A stretch of 64,000 nucleotides of DNA from a bacterium (GTDB lineage Bacteria > Hinthialibacterota > Hinthialibacteria > Hinthialibacterales > Hinthialibacteraceae): positions 1 to 64,000 of the forward strand of contig JBHGBC010000007.1 of NCBI GenBank assembly GCA_041946805.1, given 5' to 3'. The notes under the pieces are model-generated. The model had not been told where the DNA came from, ran no database searches, and worked only from the letters and a program-made list of their open reading frames with translations. Both the position numbers and the translations under genes were made by a program. Below are positions 39,574 to 47,180 of the stretch, one piece after another (positions within the stretch are counted from its first letter, which is position 1; every line of letters starts with the position of its first letter).

Positions 39574-40542
39574 TCAACCGGCCAGATACTCCCGGATCAG
39601 CCGGATATTTCCGGGGGGCGTTTCCAAGGGCAGCGCGCCGGTGCCCATCAGGCAATTGGACCGGTTGCCGGTGATGCCAAGAATAAAATCGATCGCGCGG
39701 TAGATGCGTTCCGGTTCGCGGCAGGCCACGACGCCGGGATCCAGATTGACTCGGATTTGGACCGTGGGGCGGGCGCGTGTGGCGGCTTCGACAAACGCCT
39801 GCTGATTAGTTTCGACGTTGCAGACGACGTATCCGGTGCCGGTGGAAAGAATATCCTCGAGTATCGGATAGGTGTTGCCGCCCATGATGCAGGGCACGGG
39901 ATGCCCGACGCATTCCGCCGCGATTTCCAGGATGCGCCGGAGCGCGGGCAATTCCACCTGGTGGAACATCCGGGGAGACAGCATGGGGGGCGAGGCCGCC
40001 GATTCGAAAAACGCGAGGTCGAGGCCCGCGTCCGCCACGGCGCGGCACAGGACGGCCTGGTTCTCCGCGAGCCGCCGCAGGAAGGCCGCGGTGATCTCGG
40101 GGCGAACCGCGACGTCCTCACACAATTGATTGATGCCGCGGAGATTGAAGGCGATCGAGAACGGGCCCGCCACGGGGATGCGCACATCGGCCTCGGGGAA
40201 TTCCCGCTTCAGGCGTTGCCCCACGCCGATGACCATCGCGATCCGCCCATCGCGCCGGGGATCGAAAGGCTTCAGCGCCAAGCCATCCTCCAGCGAGTCC
40301 AGCAGGGGCTTATGAATGGCGGGGATGCCGTTGGCGCCCGGCACCTGGATCGTGGCCCCGTACGCTTCGGCCTCGAGGTTGTAGATATCGATTCCCACGG
40401 CGATCATCTGGTGGCGGTATTCCAAGTACGCCGCGCGATGGCCGGCGAAGAGGAGTTCCGGATCGCGGGAGACTTCCCAGGGCGTGTGGCCCGTGAAACG
40501 GGCGGCGTGTTCGTAAATAACGGGCGTGAACGGAATCTTCAT
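39574..40542 (-). CDS. Uroporphyrinogen decarboxylase-fold protein (UroD/MtaA-CmuA-like)
   Basis: DIYNLEAEAYGA, AGPFSIA..LRG, FESAASP.MLSP..F, NLDP, GTGALP.ETP..N. Confidence 0.75.
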   Translation of the reverse strand: MKIPFTPVIYEHAARFTGHTPWEVSRDPELLFAGHRAAYLEYRHQMIAVGIDIYNLEAEAYGATIQVPGANGIPAIHKPLLDSLEDGLALKPFDPRRDGRIAMVIGVGQRLKREFPEADVRIPVAGPFSIAFNLRGINQLCEDVAVRPEITAAFLRRLAENQAVLCRAVADAGLDLAFFESAASPPMLSPRMFHQVELPALRRILEIAAECVGHPVPCIMGGNTYPILEDILSTGTGYVVCNVETNQQAFVEAATRARPTVQIRVNLDPGVVACREPERIYRAIDFILGITGNRSNCLMGTGALPLETPPGNIRLIREYLAG

Positions 40543-40601
40543 GGTGATACCTCCCAGGGCGCCAGGGACGCCTTATTTTTCCCAGTTTTCTTTCCGTGTA
40601 C

Positions 40602-40812
40602 GGCTCATCCGGCCAGCGCGTACTTTTTTTCAAGCATGCCCGGCCGCTTTTCAACCGGGCGGGCCGGGGGACGTAACCACCAAATCCCCTCACCCTCGGG
40701 GAGAGGGCCTGGGTGAGGGCCTATTTGCAGGGGCGGACCTGGGTGTCCGTCCGAATCCTTGAGTGGATAGTCCGCCTACCTCATTAGCCGGTACGCGCTG
40801 GCCGGATGAACC
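40602..40812 (+). mobile_element. 211-bp MITE family A
   Basis: 22-bp TIRs ggctcatccggccagcgcgtac / gtacgcgctggccggatgaacc (1 mismatch); REP core 40685-40719; flanks ccgtgtac/ccatgtca only partly match. Confidence 0.85.
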
Positions 40813-40967
40813 CCATGTCAGAACCTACCCTATCATGTTTTTCACGGGGATGAAACGAGGGGGACGAAGGTCTGGCGGATGGCGGTTTGGATCGCCCTAT
40901 CCCTTTCGCCCCGGCCGTGATTCATTGAGAGGTTGCGTGTCAATTCTTGAGATGCGGGAGAGACTTC

Positions 40968-42464
40968 ATGGATGCCTCCTTGGGATGGTTGGATAGCGGA
41001 ATTCTGATCGTCTACGCGGTCTTGATGGTTGGGACAGGAATTTATTCGATGGGGAAAAGCCGCACGGCCGAACAGTTCATGGTCGCCGGGCGGTCCATTC
41101 CCGCGTGGGCCGCGGGATTGGCGATTTTCGGCGCGTACACCAGCAGCATTTCGTACATCGCCACGCCGGGCAAGGCCTTCGACACCAACTGGCACCCGTT
41201 CATCTTCTCGCTGACGATTTTTCCCGTGGCCTGGGTCTCGTGCCGGTACGTGATTCCCCACTACCGGAACTCCGGGCTCATATCCGTGTACGCTTTTTTG
41301 GAAGACCGCTTGGGTTCGTGGGCCCGGTTCTATTCCTCGTTTTCCTTCCTGCTGTACGAGACCAGCCGCACGGCCGTCATCCTGTACCTGGTGGGATTGC
41401 TGGTGAGCCATTACCTGCCGCTGAGCATCGGGACAATCATCATCCTGGTGGGATTCATCACCATCTTGTACACCCTGATGGGGGGCATGGAAGCGGTGGT
41501 GTGGACGGATGTGATTCAATCCCTGGTGATGATCGCCGGCATCGCCTTTTGCGCCTACATGCTGACCATGGCCGTGTTCGCCCCGCCCGCTTATTTGATC
41601 CAAACGGCCTGGGACCAACACAAATTCAGTCTGGGCAGTTGGGATTTGTCCTTGTCCCCGCGGGAGGGCTCCCGGACGGTCTGGGTGATGATCATCTATG
41701 GCGTGGTGGAAAATCTCCGCAGCCTGATCGCCGATCAGAATTACGTGCAAAAGTACGTTTCCGTGGCCACCGAGAAAGAAGCCCGGCGTTCGGTCTGGAT
41801 CGGCATGCTGGTCTATGCGCCGCTCACGGTGGTCTTCCTGTACATCGGAACCGCCTTGTTCGCGTTTTATTCCCCCGGGGGACACCCCCTCCCGGACTCC
41901 GTCACCAAGGGCGACCAGGTTTTTCCGTATTTCATCGCCACCCAGGTGCCCATGGGGTTGAAAGGGCTGATCATCGCCGCGATCATGGCCGCCGCCATGA
42001 GCACGGTGTCTTCGTCGTTGAATTGCGCCGCGACCGTTACCCTGATCGATTTTTGGCAAGTGTATGTCAATCCCCACATCAGCGAGAAACACAGTGTCCG
42101 GTTGCTGCGGTGGATGACATTGGTCTGGGGCGTTCTGGGCACGGGTTTCGCCTTGTTGATGATCAAGGCCGCCAGCGCGCTGGATGTCTGGTGGACGTTC
42201 GCGGGCATCTTCGGCGGAGGCATGCTGGGCTTGTTCGTGCTGGCGTTGTTTGGAGTCCCGCTGCGTGCCTGGCAGGGAGTGACGATCATCGCCATCAGCA
42301 TTTTCGTCATCATCTGGGGGACTTTTTCCTCCAGTCTGCCGGCGTCCTGGCAATGGGCGGCGCTGTCGGTGGACGATATCCTGCTGGGCTCGATGGGTAC
42401 CGCCGCCATGCTGGTCTTCGCGCTGCTGTTTGGATGGAGCAACCGGAAGAGCCACGGGCGATAG
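40968..42464 (+). CDS. Sodium:solute symporter (SSS family)
   Basis: FMVAGRS, S.ISY...PG.AF, YT..GGMEAVVWTDVIQ, DQNYVQKY, AAAMST.SSSLN. Confidence 0.92.
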   Translation: MDASLGWLDSGILIVYAVLMVGTGIYSMGKSRTAEQFMVAGRSIPAWAAGLAIFGAYTSSISYIATPGKAFDTNWHPFIFSLTIFPVAWVSCRYVIPHYRNSGLISVYAFLEDRLGSWARFYSSFSFLLYETSRTAVILYLVGLLVSHYLPLSIGTIIILVGFITILYTLMGGMEAVVWTDVIQSLVMIAGIAFCAYMLTMAVFAPPAYLIQTAWDQHKFSLGSWDLSLSPREGSRTVWVMIIYGVVENLRSLIADQNYVQKYVSVATEKEARRSVWIGMLVYAPLTVVFLYIGTALFAFYSPGGHPLPDSVTKGDQVFPYFIATQVPMGLKGLIIAAIMAAAMSTVSSSLNCAATVTLIDFWQVYVNPHISEKHSVRLLRWMTLVWGVLGTGFALLMIKAASALDVWWTFAGIFGGGMLGLFVLALFGVPLRAWQGVTIIAISIFVIIWGTFSSSLPASWQWAALSVDDILLGSMGTAAMLVFALLFGWSNRKSHGR

Positions 42465-42555
42465 GGAAGCCGATGGATTACGCGCCGCGCGTCAATCCAT
42501 CCACCCCACGGGACCGCCGCTTTCTCGAGGATGACATGAGGAGCACGAAATGGAC

Positions 42556-43320
42556 TTACATGCCCCGCTCTCGCAGTAATTCTTCCGCGCGGCGCAGGTC
42601 TTCCGGCGTGTCCACGGCAAAGCCGGTGAAGGTGGAATCCGCGACGGAGGTTTTCACCACCTTGATCTTATAGCCATGCTCCAAGACCCTCAGCTGCTCG
42701 AGTGATTCTTCCCGTTCCAAGGGGGTCGGACTCAGCGTGGCCAGGATCCGCAGGAAATCCCGGCGGTATCCGTAGATGCCGATATGGTCATAGATGGGAA
42801 TTCCGGTATGCTGGCGGGGATAGGGAATCAGCGAACGGGAAAAGTAGAGCGCGTAGCCTTGCCGGTCCGTAACGGTCTTGACAATGGCCGGATTGGTGTA
42901 ATCTTCCGGGCGCTCAATCCGGTAAATGGAGGTTCCCATGGGAACGGCGGGATCTGCGCGCAGCGCGTCGACGATTTCGTCGATCATGCCGGGATGGACG
43001 AACGGCATGTCCCCCTGGATGTTGATGACGAGTTCCGGGCGGATCCCCTCCTGCTGTTCCAGAATATCCACGGCCTCGGCGATCCGGTCGGTGCCCGATG
43101 GATGATCGGGCGAGGTCAAAACCGCCTGGCCGCCGATCCTTTCGAGTTCCGCGGCGATCCGGGAATCGTCGGTGGCCACGTACAGCCAATCGAGGGTGCG
43201 GCAGCTAGAGGCTTGTTCATACACGCGTTGAATCAGGCTTTTTCCCGCGATGGAAGCCAACGGTTTGCCGGGCAACCGCGTGGATCCAAACCGGGATGGA
43301 ATGACGCCCAGGACGGCCAT
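42556..43320 (-). CDS. kdsB: 3-deoxy-manno-octulosonate cytidylyltransferase
   Basis: IPSRFGSTRLPGKPL, VATDD, SGTDRIAE, NIQGD.P, ALYFSRS.IP, HIGIYGYR, LE..ESLEQLR.LE.G. Confidence 0.93.
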   Translation of the reverse strand: MAVLGVIPSRFGSTRLPGKPLASIAGKSLIQRVYEQASSCRTLDWLYVATDDSRIAAELERIGGQAVLTSPDHPSGTDRIAEAVDILEQQEGIRPELVINIQGDMPFVHPGMIDEIVDALRADPAVPMGTSIYRIERPEDYTNPAIVKTVTDRQGYALYFSRSLIPYPRQHTGIPIYDHIGIYGYRRDFLRILATLSPTPLEREESLEQLRVLEHGYKIKVVKTSVADSTFTGFAVDTPEDLRRAEELLRERGM

Positions 43321-43430
43321 GTTTTTTCCCCTTTCATGGGACCTCTGGATGAAATGGATCCGGTTCCGCTGTAAAATACAAAAGGGAACACGCCAGGGTA
43401 AGTTTGGATGAGGGATTTTTTCTATTATTT

Positions 43431-43500
43431 GGGATGAACACCCTTTTTTCGCCCTTTCGGGGCTGCCCTCACCCTGGCCCTCTCCCGGAGGGAGAGGGAA
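43431..43500 (+). repeat. Fragment of MITE family B including REP core (43466-43500)
   Basis: gggatgaa...ttcgccctttcggggctgccctcaccctggccctctcccggagggagaggg resembles 20970-21030. Confidence 0.7.
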
Positions 43501-43619
43501 TAGGAGGCCCGCCCATGGGGAGACTGATCAACTGGTTTGGACAACAAGCGTGTACAGTGGATGAGGCCAATTTTCTTGGGTGATAGATCTGTCCAATTTC
43601 TTTTTAAAAGGAAAATTCC

Positions 43620-44813
43620 ATGAAACCGGAACGCAAACGAATCGAGGAATGGCGCGCGGCGCTTTCCCCGGAATGCCGCGGCCGGATCGATCAGGCCTGT
43701 GACATAATCTGCCGGACGAAGGAACGGGGCGGCAAAATCGCCGTGGTGACCGGTAGCGGGCCGAACGTGCATGAAGGCGTCACGACGCAGATCGCCGAAC
43801 TGATGCGGGCGGGAATCGTCGATGGGGTCACCACCAGCGCCGCGGTGGTGGCGCACGAAATGGGGGGCGTGCTGGACCGGGTGAAACGGGTGGACGGCCG
43901 CGCCTTGGGCATCGCGCCTGACCTGCTGCCCCGGGGCGGATTGTTTGAGTTTTCGTTGATCGATAAGACACGGCTGGAAGTGGTCGCCGGCGATCTCCCC
44001 ATCGATTGGGAACTGTGGAACCAAGGGGAGAAAGCCAGCGGCGCGGTGATCATCAAGGCCGCGGGCAACATGGGCTATCCCATGGGATTGTGGATCGAGC
44101 AGGCGGCGGAGCGCATTCTCCATCTGGCCCGGGACCAGAATCAGCCATTCGAAAAAATCGCGGGAGACTATGCCGATGAACGCACCATGACCGGCCAGGG
44201 CGCGCGCCGCGGAGTGCCAATGTTGGTCACGATTCCCCAGTTGGTTGGCGGGGGGATGGTGGGATTGGCCATCGGCGACAGCATCCCCATTTCCCAGCGC
44301 GCCCGCCGGATCGCGGAACTGCTCGAATCGGCCGAGGTCATCATCGAATCCGCCGTGGTTTTGACCCAGGAGATCCACGACGGCCCCTATGAAACCTTTA
44401 CCGGACACGGCATCTGGGCGGGCTGGCAAGGCCAATCCACCTACCGGCTGGAAAACAAGCAGCTGATCCGCATCGATCTGGATTCCGCCCTCGACCGCGC
44501 CTGGCGGTTCGAACGCGAATCGCGGACCGTACAGGAGGCGATCGACAAGGGACTTCCAAAAACCAAACTCATGGATATTCCGTTTCGCATGGAAATGTCG
44601 GGATTCGCCCGGCTGGAAGGCAGTTTGCCCATCATCGCCGACATCGGTGTGGTGTGGCCCATTCTCGCGGCGGGCCTGGAGGAACGGCTGGGGATCGAGT
44701 TGGACTTTATTTCCGCCCCGCAACAGACGCCGGAAGGCCAGCGCATGCGCGCATGGATCGCGGACGAAATCCAGCCGATCCAGCCGGTGCGGGAGAGAAC
44801 GCTTACCGGATGA
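43620..44813 (+). CDS. Hypothetical protein with deoxyhypusine-synthase-like (NAD-binding) N-terminal pattern
   Basis: KIAVVTGSGPNVHEG...IAELMRAGIVDGVTTSAAVVAHE pattern; normal coding style; divergent from kdsB. Confidence 0.5.
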   Translation: MKPERKRIEEWRAALSPECRGRIDQACDIICRTKERGGKIAVVTGSGPNVHEGVTTQIAELMRAGIVDGVTTSAAVVAHEMGGVLDRVKRVDGRALGIAPDLLPRGGLFEFSLIDKTRLEVVAGDLPIDWELWNQGEKASGAVIIKAAGNMGYPMGLWIEQAAERILHLARDQNQPFEKIAGDYADERTMTGQGARRGVPMLVTIPQLVGGGMVGLAIGDSIPISQRARRIAELLESAEVIIESAVVLTQEIHDGPYETFTGHGIWAGWQGQSTYRLENKQLIRIDLDSALDRAWRFERESRTVQEAIDKGLPKTKLMDIPFRMEMSGFARLEGSLPIIADIGVVWPILAAGLEERLGIELDFISAPQQTPEGQRMRAWIADEIQPIQPVRERTLTG

Positions 44814-44879
44814 TCCATTATTCTTCTGAAAAATACGATCGGTAATCATCCGAATTGACTGGCCAAATTTTTCACCTGA

Positions 44880-44964
44880 TCCCCTGTCCTCCGGGAGAGG
44901 GTTCGGGTGAGGGAGGTCCTTGCTTGGGCGTCCCTCACCCGGCTGCTCCCTGATGGGGGGGAGA
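44880..44964. repeat. Inverted pair of degenerate REP cores between convergent genes
   Basis: cccctgtcctccgggagagggttcgggtgaggga ... tccctcacccggctgctccctgatgggggggaga. Confidence 0.7.
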
Positions 44965-45029
44965 AGAAAAACAAACTGGCGAGGCATCGGTGTTTCCAAG
45001 GAAAATTGGCTAGGGACTGGAATCCAGGC

Positions 45030-45377
45030 TTAGCTGGATGACTGGGCTTCGGGCGGCTCGTGTTTCGGCTTCTGAAGTTCCATCATGCGCGACCACACCC
45101 AGGTACAGGCTTGGTGATATTCCTCCTTGCCGGGTGGAATCGAATTCTTGAAGTTCGTGTAATCCATGGTTTGGACATAATCCGCGAGCCATTTTTCCAC
45201 TTCCGCCACTGGAAGGAACGCGCGGAAGCGGTAATCGGCTTCAGGGTCCTGAAAAACCTCCGCGTCCGGAAAAGCGGATTCGATATCCCCTTGGCAACGG
45301 GCGCGGACCAAGCGGCGCTCCGGATGGTTCCGGTCTTTCACGATCGAGAGAAAAGCCTGGCTGGTGAAGATCCACAT
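45030..45377 (-). CDS. Small conserved hypothetical protein (115 aa)
   Basis: MWIFT..AFLSIV...LVRAR..GDI....P.......ADY.FRA......DY.NFK pattern; RBS GAGGA; 24 bp after the upstream stop. Confidence 0.75.
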   Translation of the reverse strand: MWIFTSQAFLSIVKDRNHPERRLVRARCQGDIESAFPDAEVFQDPEADYRFRAFLPVAEVEKWLADYVQTMDYTNFKNSIPPGKEEYHQACTWVWSRMMELQKPKHEPPEAQSSS

Positions 45378-45401
45378 GTATCTCTTCCTCCGCGCGATGA
45401 T

Positions 45402-46892
45402 TTACGATTCCACCGGGAACGCCGCGAGATGGCAGAGGGAATCCTCGAACCACACGCCGGTCCCGTAGAGGGAGGATTCCCGCACCATCAGTTCGTTGCC
45501 CAATCCGATGGACGGATCGCACAGATTGACCGATAGGCTGAGCCGGACGAGGAAATCGCGGGCTGCCTGGGGATCGGTTTTCGGCAGGCGGCGGGGATCG
45601 AAAGCCGCCTGGGTGAAGTACGATCCGGCCAGCTGGTCCCAGCAATCCTTGAAAACGCCGGGATCATGGAAGAAATCCAGGCCGATGATGGCATCCCCGC
45701 TGCCCACGAGGACCCCCGCCGCGTTGTCCGGCAGTACCAATTTTTCCCGGAAGGATTGTGTCTTTTCCTCCGATTGCTGGTAGCCGTCGGTGACCGAGGA
45801 GGTGGGGGAGCAGGCGTGCAACTCATGCAGGTGCAGATCCACCTCTTCCCAGACCTCGCCCTGATCGCTCATGGCCATCCCGGTGGAGGCCCGGCATTCC
45901 TGGACACTGCGCATTTTCTTGCCGCGCAGCCGGGGGTGGGCGTAATACGCGGATTGGAAGCGGCGGGACGAATACCGCCAGCGCCCCCGCTCCACGCAAC
46001 TGACGGGGATGCGCAGCGACTGCTTCGCGGCGACCAGGATCGACACGTTGACCACCCGGTTCTGCTTGGCCCCCACCAGAATTTCCCCCTCGGGGACCAG
46101 GAGGGGTTTGGAACCGAGGTTGTGGACCGTCAGTTCCTGCACCCGGCCTTCTTCGGACACTTCCTCGATCTGCGCCTCGCCGGTTTCCAGGGCCTTGCGC
46201 AGCAGGACGAAGGGGGCCTGCGAGCCGTTGAGCGGATACAGCGGGAACAGGGTGAGGTTTTGGTGATGGATGGCATCGCCCATTTTCAAGCCGCCGATTT
46301 TTTCGCGGATCGTGTCCAGCAGCGAGTAGGTCCGCGAGTGTTTCAGGGCTTCCGCCTTGGCGGGAAAGAGGGCGAGAAGCAGGTGCGTTTCGGGAGCCAC
46401 GCCGCGCGCCGCGGTTTTCTCCAGCCGTTTGGACAGACCCCAGATCACGTCCGGATTTTTGTAGGTGTCCAGTTTGACGAACACCTCGCGGATGGTCTCA
46501 TGCAGCGCCTCGACGTCGGTGGCGGGATTTTCGATGGGCGCCAGGATCGAAAAACCGTGCCGCGTCAGGAACACCTTGAGTTCCGCGGGAAAGCCCTCGT
46601 GCCGGCGGAAGGGATTCGGATTCCACGAGGCGGGAACCCGGGCCTCGAGCCAGACCGCTCCCCGGTCGATCAAGGGCGCAAGCCACCGCGTCATCTCGCG
46701 GGAAAGATAACCGACCCGCGCGAAATCCGGATTCTTCACCAGAATCGCGTTGGAGTCGTGCGGATTGTAGATGTCCCGCTCCAGATGCAATTCGTCCCCG
46801 GGACGGACTTCGCCCGCCACGTATTGGCACCCGGTCAGCCTTGTCTGAATCTCACCCAGATACTTTTCTTGTACATCGCCGATGGGGGTCAT
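45402..46892 (-). CDS. HIRAN domain + ARPP-1/DUF6569-like domain fusion
   Basis: N-term G.QY.....PGD.L.L.RD..NPHDSNAI.V......VGYL.R.....LAP.ID (HIRAN); C-term L.V.N....PLL..EGE.LVGAKQNRV.N.S.L.......IPVSCVE.GRW...Q.EVW; RBS GGGAGA before ATG 46892. Confidence 0.8.
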   Translation of the reverse strand: MTPIGDVQEKYLGEIQTRLTGCQYVAGEVRPGDELHLERDIYNPHDSNAILVKNPDFARVGYLSREMTRWLAPLIDRGAVWLEARVPASWNPNPFRRHEGFPAELKVFLTRHGFSILAPIENPATDVEALHETIREVFVKLDTYKNPDVIWGLSKRLEKTAARGVAPETHLLLALFPAKAEALKHSRTYSLLDTIREKIGGLKMGDAIHHQNLTLFPLYPLNGSQAPFVLLRKALETGEAQIEEVSEEGRVQELTVHNLGSKPLLVPEGEILVGAKQNRVVNVSILVAAKQSLRIPVSCVERGRWRYSSRRFQSAYYAHPRLRGKKMRSVQECRASTGMAMSDQGEVWEEVDLHLHELHACSPTSSVTDGYQQSEEKTQSFREKLVLPDNAAGVLVGSGDAIIGLDFFHDPGVFKDCWDQLAGSYFTQAAFDPRRLPKTDPQAARDFLVRLSLSVNLCDPSIGLGNELMVRESSLYGTGVWFEDSLCHLAAFPVES

Positions 46893-47001
46893 GATCGTTC
46901 TCCCTGTCTGGACAGTATGGACCAGCCTCAATTCCAAGCCTGCCATGCCCGGTTCCTTGGAAATCCCATGAAGAGGATGTCTTCTTGGGATTCCCCTTGA
47001 A

Positions 47002-47017
47002 TACAAGAACGATGCCA
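47002..47017 (-). promoter_or_regulatory. Candidate sigma54 promoter for the HIRAN-ARPP-1 operon
   Basis: Minus strand TGGCATCGTTCTTGTA (GG-N10-GT, one mismatch in the -12 box); shares AACCTGGCATCG with the fliK promoter. Confidence 0.55.
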
Positions 47018-47082
47018 GGTTGCGATGGCGCGGGACTCCCGGGGCGTAATTGTCTGAATCCAGTGATCCTGATGAAGATAAA

Positions 47083-47162
47083 ATTACCAATAGGGTAATA
47101 TTTCGGCGGGGTTGGGGCCAGGATTTGAGTTCAATTATTGCGTGGGAGATTCAATATTTGAG
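47083..47162. promoter_or_regulatory. Candidate enhancer (UAS) sites
   Basis: Inverted repeat ATTACC-N5-GGTAAT (47083-47099); tandem ttcaattattgcg / ttcaatatttgag 20 bp apart (47130-47142, 47150-47162) in an AT-rich patch. Confidence 0.4.
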
Positions 47163-47180
47163 CACGGGGCGGCGGCGGGA

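Noticed and set aside
46893..47090. N-terminal extension of the HIRAN ORF in the ORF track
   Set aside because: Overlaps the candidate sigma54 promoter; ATG 46892 has an RBS and begins just before the HIRAN domain
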